From Octopus sinensis (taxonomy: Eukaryota): 64,000 bases of DNA. Below are positions 24,469 to 36,999 of the stretch, piece by piece. The notes under the pieces are model-generated. The model saw nothing but the letters and a program-made list of their open reading frames with translations, was not told the origin of the DNA and made no database searches. The position numbers and the translations under genes were made by a program. The DNA lies in assembly GCF_006345805.1 (NCBI RefSeq), contig NC_043013.1, forward strand, positions 29,884,001 through 29,948,000. Direction: 5' to 3'. Numbering within the stretch: the first letter of the stretch is position 1; each line of letters opens with the position of its first letter.

Positions 24469-26096
24469 GTGACGATTGTCTGTTTTACCTGCAAAACACC
24501 ACGAACAGAATAGTGCAGAAAACTAAGAGCAGGTTAGCTAGGTTTTTTAATAGAATGGGCATGAGTATAGTTTTTGATAACGAACTCACCAAGGCTAATT
24601 TCCTAGACGTTACACTTAACCTTAATAGCGACTCATACTGCCCTTACCATAAGCCTTCCACTAATTTGAAGTATGTCAGTGTCTTCTCAAATCATGCCAA
24701 AACCGTAACAGACAATTTGGTTAAAAACATCTCTCTAAGATTGTCTGGCCTGTCCGCCAGTGCCGATATTTTTATGCAGAAAGCGGATTTTTATAACGCC
24801 GCACTATCCAAGGCCGGTTATAGGCAGAAGGTAATTTATATTGATCCGGCCCTTCCGATGCCATCATTCGGTCATCAGGATAGGGCCGTATATAATAACA
24901 TTAACATTTTAAGTAAGGACGGGAGCGCGGCGGATACCGGGGTAGTCGCTCCCGCATTTAATTTAGCGAACAAGGATAATTATCGGTCCGGGAGGTCTTA
25001 CACTAACCCAAGACCCGTTATTCATCCGAGAATCACCCACCCAAATGCGAGAGCTGGCGTCCCGACCCATCACACTGATAGGAATAAGCATATATGGTTT
25101 GTAATCCCCTTTGGTAAGCAGATTAGAACTAACCTCCCCCTCATGTTTAGACAAGCCATCGCCAATAACTTCCCCAGAAATTCCAAATATTACTCCACGG
25201 TTAACTCACATAAAGTTAGGATAGCTTTCTCCAACACTAAAAACCTCGCCCAGATAATCGCCTCCCATAATAATAGGCTACTTACTAAGACCCTATCACC
25301 TTTTTCCGGAGGCACAGCCTCTTCCGCTCCCGGTTTAATGCTCAGTAGGAATAATTATAGTAGTAATAATGATATGAGAGCCAGTACAGTGACACATAAT
25401 CTCAGCTCCAGCCAGGGAGTACCCACTAGGGGTATAGTTATAAACAGGGGTGTTGTGGTTGATGGTAACAATGGGAGTAGGGTAGAGAGCCCCTTTAGCA
25501 TCCCCAGCATCATTTCCCGCAATAGCAGTACCACGGGCAGTAGCAATGACAGCACTCTGATAGATAGTGGAGAATCAGGGGTTATTCCTATAGTTAATAG
25601 TGACGTAGTGGAAAATAGAGTAGTAAGCGGCTGCAGGTCTCGGAACGAATATAGTGACAGGAACGCAGTTCTAATTTCAGAAACCAATCCTAGCAGAGTA
25701 AGATTCACGTCGGCGAACTCCAAGATCAAAAACGCCGTCTACCAATGCAAGGTTTACACGGACTCAGATGCCTTCACTTATATAGGGGCATCATCCTCAA
25801 GATTGTCTTTGCGTGTCTCCAACCATTACGCAACTTTTCGGGACGTGAACAAGCGCCAGACCACGGGACTCAGTAAGCTAATATGGCGACTGAAGGATGC
25901 GAACTTAAGCTATAGGCTGGAATGGTCAATTTTGTCGGTGGCCCTCCCATTTGATAGGGGCAGAAGACAGTGCAACCTTTGTGTCTCCGAACTCTTCCAT
26001 ATTTTGTTTGCCAGAGGCCGGATGGTAAACGGGCTCTTACAGTCGGCTTTTCGATGCCCCCATTGGCGGCGTTACACTTATCTGGCCTTTAAATAG
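24469..26096 (+). CDS. Inverted partial copy of the same PLE ORF, beginning inside the YRDD motif
   Basis: Reads DDCLFYLQNTTNRIVQKTKSRL...YTYLAFK; identical to the C-terminal part of the minus-strand ORF. Confidence 0.92.
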
Positions 26097-26854
26097 CGTT
26101 TATAAATAAGACCGGCACCCATAGCCCTTGGTAACAAATTCTGAAATAGATTTTAAGATATCTACAATTAACCACTGCAAGGGAAATTACTCCTGTAAGA
26201 CAAACGGGGCTTGTTTTTTCACAGCGGGGGGTTTCCTTGTCAAGGCAGGCTCAGATGAACACACACACACACACATAAAACATAATATATATATATAATT
26301 TCTTTATTTTTTTCTTTCTGCCACCCAACGGTTATCACGGCAGTAGCCACTGACAGCCGAACGATCAAACGCACACACGTACACAAAAAATGTTTTCTAC
26401 CCCTACGCCAACACACACATATATAGAACAGTATACACACACACACGTCTCTAAGTAGATTTTTTCTCGCCCCTTATAAAACATCCAATATTCTTTAAAT
26501 AGTCAGAACTTTATTCTCGGTCACAAAGAACATCTATACACCCTCACCCACATGATTGACCGATGCCTGACCTGTTGAATTCTTCAGCCACCGGTTCTCA
26601 ACATACACTGATAAACAGTTTCGCCATGGGCTCTTAGGAGCACAGTTCGATTTGTTTTTTGCTCTGCCTCTGTTCTGTTTTTGTTTTTCCAACGGATTTC
26701 CTTTTTTCTTCCTGAAGAGAAAGACACAATATGGTCCCATTATTCAATCGGATTTTGGTAATTTGTGCCTTTCGAAACACGTGTAGAATGAAATAAAACG
26801 ATTTCTGTTCAATCTGCGTTCAGCTCCATTTCTTCAATTCACCAATAATGTTTT

Positions 26855-26858
26855 ATAT

Positions 26859-26908
<50 letters not shown>

Positions 26909-26947
26909 CATACATACATTGTATATATATATATGTACATACATACA

Positions 26948-26989
<42 letters not shown>

Positions 26990-27000
26990 TATATATATTA
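26855..27000. repeat. (TA)n array
   Basis: Direct reading. Confidence 0.97.
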
Positions 27001-27144
27001 GATGTTTTTGTATCCAGAAGACCTAAAGGCAGATTAGGCTATGTAAGTCCTAAGGAAGGACCCCTGTTAAACTCATGGTTCAATAATAGGATGAGTGAGG
27101 AGTCCAAGGCAGATCGTGTGTGAGCGTGTACATCTTAAAGAAAA

Positions 27145-27658
27145 TAAGATAACAAGGCCAGGGCAATTTGATATTCCTAGGACATTTATAATTAGAAAGG
27201 TGGTCTTACAGTTGTTTTAGGAAAGTAAATAATATCTCATAATCAGAGACGAGCTAAAAGAACTTCAATAGAAGGAATTGGTAGACTTCATAAAAGGAAA
27301 ATATGAAAATAAAAATACATGTTGGATGTTAAACTTGCTGTTCCGTTTCCAAGAAATGTGTTGTGTAGAATGGGTAAGGCGGATTCTTGTCCATAACATC
27401 TAACGGGTATTTTTATATTCATATGTTCCTTTTATGCTTTCTGCACCATATCTAATTTCTTGTATATCTCTCCCCCACCAGAATACTTCTAAAAAATTGA
27501 ATTGTACGAATTCCTTCTATTGTAGCTCTTTTAGCTAGTCTCTGTTGATGGAATATCATTTAATTCCCCGAAACAGCTGTAAGACCACATTTCTATGTGT
27601 AAATGTCCAAGACATATCAAATTGCCTTGGCTTTGTTAACTCATTTTATTTAACCCCC

Positions 27659-27660
<2 letters not shown>
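27145..27660 (+). mobile_element. Older fold-back PLE pLTR relic with two inverted hammerhead copies
   Basis: 27150-27330 is the reverse complement of 27395-27445 plus 27500-27640, roughly 80% identical by eye; ends at the TA array 27661-27716. Confidence 0.7.
27538..27585 (+). ncRNA. Minimal type I hammerhead motif, one core substitution
   Basis: GTCT CTGTTGA T GGAAT..ATTCC CC GAAAC AGCT GTA AGAC: stem I GTCT/AGAC, stem II GGAAT/ATTCC, palindromic stem III ACAGCTGT. Confidence 0.68.
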
Positions 27661-27721
<61 letters not shown>

Positions 27722-30092
27722 AGAAAATGGAAGGAAATGAATTTCTTATACAGAACTATAAGTTAGCCTCTGTAAATAGAGCTAAGAGACTAAAGAGTAA
27801 TGATGTAGTTTCAATGAAAAGGCAACTTTCGAGATATTGACAACCAAAAAAAAAAACAGATTGTTTTCAACAAATATATCTCGAAGGACACAATTCATCA
27901 TATAAAAATATATAATATGTAAATACTAAAAATATATATAAAAATAAATAAATAAATAAATATAAAATACATCTCCGTAAGAGATCGCCTGAATTTGTAA
28001 ATCCGTTGTTTACATAACAGTTTGAAGGGTAAATGTAGACAGTCAATGTATTGCAAAATCGACAGTATTAAAAAGGTGTACAACACACACACACAGCCAC
28101 ACACACGCACACACTCACGCACGCACGCACACACACACATATATATATACAGAAGAACGGATAATAACAGAGGGAAAATCTTTCTTTATAGATCTATCGA
28201 ATCAGGAATAACTAGCATTAAAACAACAGAAACATCAGTTGACTGAGTTCAATGTAACTACTACATGTCAGGTACTTATCAAATGATGAAGAGTTAACAT
28301 GTGAACTTCAAAGCGGTTGCCAGATCTGAACCTACTAGAAATAGTAGCCGAACCTCTCTCAAATCTCGCATCCAACGACCTCAAAAGAGATGGATATGTT
28401 AGGCAATATAGTCATAGGAATGCAACACATCTACGAGTAAAGGTGTATAAGGCTTTGATCATATGTATGTGATTCAATATGTACTTATTTTCCCTGTCAG
28501 TAGTGCTGAATACAAGTACCTATCGAATGCAAGGTATCGTATCTCATTGATTGATGAAGCAGGGGTTATATGATGCAAGAAACCTAAGAATCATTTCTCC
28601 AAATTATAAGCTTAAAAAGTTTTAACAAATCTGATAATTTAGTTCTACATGTATAAAAAATATCAGATTCTCATAGCTGAGAATCTTTGAACACAGATCT
28701 TTTTCGATCAGGGTTGATTTGGGCCGACAATAATAAAAACAAGGACATCTAATGCAGATATGGGTAGAATACAGTATGTTTGTGTTTGTACACAGGAAGC
28801 AAAATAAACAATACTGAATATTAATTTTATCGTTCCTGTTGCCCAGTATTTTTGATCTTAAAACTAATAGCAGGTACGTAAAGTGAAAGACTGATACAAT
28901 GGTAAAGTGCTGGAGTAAATATGCGAAAACCTAACAGCATTTAGTCTCGTTCTTCCGATATGACGTGCCTGCTGTGCTCAGTTATAATTTTAAATCTTTC
29001 AGATGTACAAATATATCAACCATTTACTGCGTCGGTTCAATCGAATTTTTACATCTCTTTTACTACAAACAAACCTGACGTTGAACCAATACGAGATAAA
29101 AAAAAAATTGAATAACAATATCTAACGAATTATGATATATTTAGTATTTCTATTCTATGGTTTGTTCAGTTATAGATGCCTTTCAGCTGATGTATGAAAC
29201 TTGGTAAACGAGTTTTAGTTCGGGTAATAATACTGAATAGATGCGTATATAATCTTTTCAGAAAATATAAAAGATAATCATATTAGAATCCATGGGAAAA
29301 CCATATTAAATACAAGGGGCCATTGCTAGTAAATAGGTTAGAAACCCATTCATTTATGTTTTTCAAACATTCTGTGAATCGACGGAAATTTTTCAGAAGT
29401 GGTGTAATGGTTGAATATGCATTATTTATTATAATATATAATAATCATATTCACTCTTTATTGGACGAAATGTAATTTCTAATTTGACCTTAGTACGTTG
29501 CCAATTTTAAACCGTTACATTTCGGCTACAGTTAAAGCGAAAAGATGAGTTTGTTAATTTAATTTAATCACAGAGACACTGAATGATGCTTTTAACATTT
29601 TAAATAGCGTTAATGTCAATAGTTGATTTGGCGAAAACTCAGATGGTTTGTTTCGGAGAAGAACTATTTCTGTTCATACGAAAATGTTCGTTTTTATTCT
29701 TCTTTACCGCATTTCAGAAATGCTGGAAAGTGCCAGATTTTCCAAAGATATTTTATGTTCGAATTTGGAGTGTAGCCTAAGCATTTTCACTTATTGGCTT
29801 AGTGAAGTAAGAGTTTCAAATATTAAAGTTTCGCATTCGTTCATTATATTTATTGCAACTACTTAAATCTTATTTAAGTTTCTTTCAAATTCACTCAGTA
29901 TTTTAAGTAGGCATTGCCGTGTAGATGACAAGTTAGTTGGGCACCTCTGCCGTTCCGGGCTCGATTTGACTGCACAACTCACTGGGACGTGTGTTTTCCA
30001 GTTTTCTAGTTTCTTTAGGTTGATAAATTAGTTGTGAGTGTAATTTGGTAAATTACAGGAGAATATGTATATCTATACATTTTGGAATATAT

Positions 30093-30390
<298 letters not shown>

Positions 30391-32578
30391 TATAAAAGAA
30401 GACGAGAATACTCAAAACGCATTATAGAGTATGTTATTTATGAGAACTGAATTTCGTTATCATGTTACTTTGCTTTCTTTCGAAAATCGGATGATATAAA
30501 TTTCCTATTCCAATGATTGATGTATTTCATATTTATTTATTTATTTATTCATTTTTATATATATTTTTAGTATTTACATATTATATATTTCTATGTGATG
30601 AATTGTGTCCTTCGAACAATATTTGTTGCAAAACAATCTGTTTTTTTTTTTCTCTGGTTGTCAATATCTCGAAAGTTGCCTTTTCATTGAAACTACATTA
30701 CTCTTTAATCTCTTAGCTCTATTTACAGAGAGCTAACCTATTGTTCTATATAAGAAATCATTACCTTCCATTTTCTTCTTTTATATATGATGAATAGTTA
30801 ACATGTGAACTTCAAAGCGGTTGCCAGATCTGAGCCTACTAGAAATAGTAGCCGAACCTCTCTCAAATCTCGCATCCAACTCTCTCTCTCTTTATATATA
30901 TATAAATACATCTTTAGAATGAGATAACCGTCTTCCAGTTGATTTCCATAATCAAATAGAAACTGGAGCCCTATTTAATTAATTTAAAAGAATATGACCC
31001 AATGAGGACAATTAGGATTTCAAGATGCAAATTCACCACTTATAGAACAACTTATTTTTCCATGACCACTCTATATTTATTCTAACTATCATTCTTACAT
31101 TAGTTATATATATTACAATTTTATTAATAACAAATAAATTTTCTTCATTAATAATCACAGAAAGACAAAAAATTGAATCAATCTGAACAATCATCCCCAT
31201 ACAAGCATACCTATCTCTGTCACTCCACTTTTTCTCTCCACACACACACACACACACAAATACACATATATATGGTGCACGCACGAAGGTGTGTGCTTGG
31301 CTGTCTGTGTGTCTGTGTGTAAAACGGGTGAGAAAATCTCGCAAAATGTGCTTTTCAGGCAAAATCCCTTTATATGTTTTCTCTGCATAGTGTTACGTAT
31401 TCCCTTGCTACAAATACTGTGAACACCTCAATTGACCCATTGGAAACTTGTGACCAATGTTGATATTCTTTCAGAAATTATGATTTCAAACAAACAAACA
31501 AACAAATAAATAAATAAATAAATAAATAAATGTCTTTCAGCCATAGAAATATCGATAGAAAGTTGAGCTGTTAATATGATTTATCGATAAGCCAAAGGTT
31601 CGATAGTTGGAATCCTGTTATCAACGGGATTATTCATAACATTGTTTTTTCCTCCCCTCCCCTCTTCTATTCTGTCACGCTTTCCCTCTATCCACTCTCT
31701 CTCCCTCTCAATCTCTCTTTCTTTCTCTACGTGGCCAACATGCTGCAAAGAGTTAGCATGGACAGATAAAATTTACCACTGAATGTAGCAGATGCATTGC
31801 ACTCTTTTATTGTTTAAACACTGATCGGTTGTAATTAAGTAGACTTAAAATCAAAAGTAAACAAACCAATACTATTGAGTATTTCTTAACATTATCATGT
31901 ATTTAATACTTAACAGAGAGCGACCACGTCGATGTATGTCTTTAATATCTCTCATTACCGTATGTACAATTATCAACAGTCCTTTATCATACATTGTTGA
32001 ATTTAAATCTCATAACGGGCATGGATACAGGACGTAAATGATTTATATTATCCTAAAATTTATACAGGTGTTGCATCTATAGGAAATTGTGGCATTATCT
32101 ATGCATTAATTGTTGATATATTTTACTTACACGTTTGTACATTTTGTTTATTGATAAGCTGTATTTCTCATTTTCTTGATAACACTCAGTATTTACAAAT
32201 ATTTTGTTAAATGGTAATAAATGATAAGAATCATAGATATAAGCCGCAGAGTTGTATAATTTATACCTCGTTTCTGCATGCAAGATTCATACTTGTTTTC
32301 CCAATGTTATTAATGAGGAAATTGACGAAAATATGATAACAAAACCAGATGTAACTTACTTCTGCACTCCACGAACCCTTTAAAATTGTTTGCCTGCACC
32401 TGCAGTAAAAACTGAAACTCTGACGTCAGTCTTGGAATAAAAGAAAGATTAATCAATTTTACGGTATACGACAAAAGTTACCAAAATTACTTTTCATACT
32501 TGTGGTCTGTCAATGACTCGAATGAAATATCATTTAATGACTGTCCCTATTTCGAAGATAGATTAATTACGCATAGTG

Positions 32579-32897
32579 AAGGCGAGTGGCTTAATAGTTA
32601 GCGCATTCGGCTCACGATCGTAAGGTCGTGAGTTCAATTCCCGGCGACGCGTTGTGTCCTTGAGCAAGACATTTTATTTCATGTTGCTCCAGTCCACTTA
32701 GCTGGCAAAAATGAGTTGTACTTGTATTTCAAAGGGCTGGCCTTTTCGTACTCTGTGCCACGCTGAATCTCCCTGAGAACTACATTAAGGGCACACGTGA
32801 CTGTGGACTGCTCAGCCACTTGCACATTAATTTCATGAGCAAGATGTTCCGTTGATCGTATTAGCTGGGACCCGCGTCGTCGTAACCGACGGAGTGC
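32579..32897 (+). mobile_element. tRNA-derived SINE with S3-type head and core and a different tail
   Basis: A/B-box-like GGCTTAATAGTTAG..GAGTTCAATTCCC, then GTTGTGTCCTTGAGCAAGACA..GTTGCTCCAGTCCAC. A reverse copy of the tail lies at about 35545-35715. Confidence 0.82.
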
Positions 32898-33169
32898 TCC
32901 ATTACACATAACAGATAGATTGTTATGTGGAAAGGGAAGAACCGTAGCCTTCATATCTATATTTAAATTGTTCCAAAGTTCTATGATTTAAGACGTTCTT
33001 GATATAGTGCTTATTGATAATTTAAATTATGTGATATAAAATCAAAATGTTTTTGGATTTCTTTTACACATTTTCATGTAATTTCACACTAGAGTACAAT
33101 ATAAAACAGTGCAGATTCTAATAGAATGTGTTTTCTTGGAAAAGAGCTCTGGGTTAGAAACAATTCTTC

Positions 33170-34735
33170 TAAGATTTGGTGCCCTGATCATGCAACGTAG
33201 AGCTGACTAAGATTGAAACATAAACTCCAGTGACCAAGAAAATCTATTCATGCAATTTGTTGGTGACCACAAAAGAGGCAGTATCATTATAACTGACCGT
33301 CAATGAACTGAGAAATAAAAACACATCTGAGAGAATGAGAGAAGTGCGTGGAATAGAAACATTCTTGTAGCACAACAATCCCTACTGATGGTGCCATCGG
33401 ATGGGACATAACAGTTTTAACAACTAGCTTTGTATCATTTCAGAATTGTTGGTGCATTCATTCAAATTTCTGTAATACTGTGAGTGCTTCTACCGGCAGT
33501 TTCAGGTTTTTATGCGACCGAACAATAGGTTGAAGACATTTGAGAAACTTTTGGATATTCATCTGCATCATTAATGCCAACAACATTGCGCTCTGACTTT
33601 TAACATCAGTATTGGGTTGATATCTGTATGTCTTCATCAATCAATGAGATATGTTACCTTGCATATACTAACATGATTCGATAGGTACTTGTATTTTCCA
33701 CCACTGACATATAAAGCGTACAGGTAACGCTTAGACATCTATTACCTTAAATGTGAAGGTAACGCTTAGACGTTCATTACTTTAAATTAAAGTAAATCAT
33801 TTACAAAATGACTTACCGAGACATCCCTACTAAGTGCAGCTCTCATGTGGTTAAAAAGATACAGTTTTCCCTCTCATTCTTCAAACTAAGTTCCTCTGAG
33901 ACATGCTTATTAGCAGATGTGCAGTAATATCACTAAACCTGCCAAAGAAGACGCTTCTTGAAAGTGATATACACTAGACAAGGCTGCAATCTCGCATTTT
34001 TCAGGCATAATAAAAGGCTTTTCTTTTGCTATCTTTTTCTGCACTAGACATCTACTAATTAGCAAATGTAACCATTGTGATGATTGGTAGAATTTGACTG
34101 AATATACCGAAGTTTAAAACCGTCACTCGACACATAAAGTTATCGTTGCTTTTACGATCTTGAAGGAGCAATCGAGAGGCGCATAAAGAAGTGTGCGAGT
34201 CATTATATTATCATACTTTCAGATTAGTCTGTATAAAATGATTTGCCAACACCACACACAAGCCTGTCATTGTGCACAAATTTGAGTGGCAGATTAAAAG
34301 CAGAATGAACACTCCTGTCATCTGTTACCAACGTTGTTGCAATTTCAAATGAGACAGCTGCATTAAAAAGCTGCTTGAGTAAACGGACGTTTTGTCAATA
34401 TTAGGTTCATCAAAATATTTTGTATGTTCACCTAGTAGCTTCAAGAAAAACTATTCCTACTGAATGAGGTGATACCAATTATTCGGTCCATGTATAAGTT
34501 TGTTTCATTTGGAATTGGAACCTAGAATAATTAATTTTGGTGAACATACTGTTCCGATGCTGAATTTCATATCTGGTTGCATACAGAATTTATCAACTGA
34601 GATTTGCGGCTGCAGTTTTTGTGAAAGTTTTGCCGCCCATACTGTGCAAGGTCATTGCTAGATTATGGAGGATCAGTATTTGGTTGTACATGGCAGATGT
34701 AAATTCTTGGTGTTGTTTTTTGTTAATTTAGTCTT
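33170..34735 (-). pseudogene. Helitron-type (Pif1-family) helicase relic
   Basis: Hand translation of the minus strand gives, in the correct order: GIVFLEATR*TYK (GLFFLDAPGGTGK), AAVSFEIATTL..RSVHSAFNLPL, VTVLNFGIFSQILPII (VLL.GDFRQ.LPVI), MRAALSRDVS, KFLKCLQP..HKNLKLPVEA, CFNLSQLYVA*S. Many stops and frameshifts. Confidence 0.8.
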
Positions 34736-35018
34736 GGTGTGCATGACAGAATATATCTTCTGTTCTTGTGGTTATATCAAAGTTGCCGAGGGCTTGATAG
34801 CGAACCAGCGCAGAAAAAGATAAAAAAAAACCCTTTTATCATGCCTGAAAAATGCGAGATTGCAGCCTTATCTAGTGTGTATCTCTTTCAAGAAGCATCG
34901 TCTTTGGCAAGATTAGCGATATTACTGCACATATATATTAAATAACTGTTACTGGAATGAGAAACAACGAAGGAGTGTTTGTTAAATATTTGAAAGTTTC
35001 TCACTTAAAATATTGATA

Positions 35019-35470
35019 GGCGCAGGATTAGCTGTGTGGTAAGAAGCTTGCTTCCCAACCACATAGTTCTGGGTTCAGCCTAATTGTGTGGCCCCTCGAG
35101 CAGGTATCTTCTACTATAGCCTTGGAGCGACCAGAGCTTTGTGAGTGGATATGAAAGACGGAAACTGAAAGAAGCTTGTCGCGCGCATACATACACGCGC
35201 ACGAACGCACACACACACACACACACACATATGTTTGTGTTTGTACATGTGTGTCTGAGTCTGTCTCCCCTTTCACCATCGCTTGACAACCGATGTTCGT
35301 GTGTCTATGTCCCCCATAACTTAGCGGTTCGGCAAAAGTAACACTAAAATAAGTATTCTGGATTACAAAGAATAAGTCCTGGGGTTGATTTGTTCGACTA
35401 AAACCCTCTATGGCAGTGCTCCAGCATGGCCGCAGTCAAATGACTGAAGCATATAAAAGAATAAAAGAAT
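35019..35470 (+). mobile_element. SINE family S1, near full length
   Basis: GGCGCAGGATTAGCTGTGTGGTAAG..GGGTTCAG; internal CA/GT run; tail ATAAAAGAATAAAAGAAT. Confidence 0.88.
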
Positions 35471-35769
35471 GCGTGGTTTCAACATAACATGCAAGACTGA
35501 AAATGAATTATGTTTCAAATGAATTATATTTTAAATATGTTACCTGTCGTGGCACTTCGTCGGTTACGACGATGAGTGTTCCAGTTGATCCGATCAAGGG
35601 AACAGCCTGCTCGTGAAATGAACGTGCATGTGGTTGAGAACTCCATAGATACGTAACATAGTTCTCTGGGAGATTCAATGTGACACAGAGTGTGACCATG
35701 CTGGCCCTTTAAAATACTGGAACAACAGGAACAAGGAAATTGTGGTGAAAGTGTACAGCACAGCAAGGG

Positions 35770-35882
35770 TCACCACTACCCGCTGCTGGAGCCTCGTGGG
35801 GTTTTAGGTATTTTCGCTCAATAAACCACTATCCTACGACCGCGAGTCCGCTGCCCTAACCCCTGGGCCATTACACCTCCAC
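35770..35882 (-). mobile_element. tRNA-like SINE head, fourth family
   Basis: Minus strand reads GGAGGTGTAATGGCCCAGGGGTTAGGGCAGCGGACTCGCGGTCGTAGGA..TTTATTGAGCGAAAA. Confidence 0.6.
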
Positions 35883-36957
35883 ACGTTACCTTTATATTTT
35901 TTTATACTTCAAACCATTTTACACTCTATGAGTAGGACTAATTCATTTATAAACTGTGAAACGTAATAAAATATTGAAATTTACAGTACAGTTTATTGAG
36001 CATGAACCTGAATATAAGAACATTTTAATTAAAAAAATTAAAAATATATATTGTTTTCTATCTTCCATGACATTTGAAATCGTCTAGTAAACTTCAAAGA
36101 TGTGGTTTCTTTAAGTTTGAAAATTTTAAATAACATTTGCTTTCCAGATATATTTTTCTCTGTGTGCCTGCTGTCTTTCTCATCCGTCCATACATACATA
36201 CACGCTTGTCCACATGCCTATATTTGGCCTTTAGAACTGGCCACTACAGGAACTCATTGAGATAGATGTTCGAACTCGTAACCTGCTCAGTGTTACAAGA
36301 AATTTCACACACACTCACACACATACACACACACACACACCACACACATTCATACATAAAAAAACGTATATACTTTTATGAATGTGCACGTATATACCTC
36401 TGTAGTTCTAAGGTGAATATTCAGTTGTTCTATCCTCTGAAAACCTATTTTTGAAATAGCGCGTGACCGGCTGAGTATTCTAGAGACATTAGTACCATTA
36501 ACGTAATTCCCAAACATAATCAGCATGACACAGTTTATGACAATACTGTCCATTTTGAAGTGCAGGTATAAATCACTCAGTGGGTTTCTTTACAGTTTCC
36601 TTCTATCCAATTCACTCCTAAGGTTTAGATCCAAGGGTATAGAAAATGACATTTCTCCCAGTAGTTACGCACGCCGTAAACTCGAACCTTAGACTTGGTT
36701 GTTGCGAAGCAAGGTTTTGAACCATTCGATCCTACTGTACATACATACATACATACCCTGTGGTTGATATTGAAATTCCAGTGAAGGAACCTTGGATCTA
36801 GGTTAGTAACCGGTTCTTTTTCTATTGGCAAAAATCTTAAAATAAACTGAATAATGAAATACATACACACACACACATACGCGGGCACACAAACACATAC
36901 ACATACACATGCAGTGTATGTTTCTTGAGGGATTAATAAGATTATGTGTGTGCTTGG

Positions 36958-36999
<42 letters not shown>

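Larger units (their letters stand above)
21033..26855. mobile_element. Penelope-like element insertion forming a 5.7-kb palindrome, bounded by (TA)n arrays
   Basis: Arms 21181-23569 and 24469-26855 are reverse complements. The ORF ends 21942+26096 and the inner edges 23569+24469 both sum to 48038. There is an 899-bp unique spacer and a 148-bp extra tail at 21033-21180. Confidence 0.95.

Noticed and set aside
24469-24494. MQVKQTIVT as the true N-terminus of the 850-aa protein
   Set aside because: It is the antisense reading of the other arm across the junction and starts at TTG; it is not the element's own start.
22309-25729. 124-aa, 63-aa, 68-aa and similar ORFs antisense to the PLE ORF
   Set aside because: They are shadow frames, duplicated only because of the palindrome, with no recognisable motifs.
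32579-32645. tRNA gene calls for the A/B-box sequences here and at 35019, 45733 and 56260
   Set aside because: There is no full cloverleaf and each continues into a SINE body.
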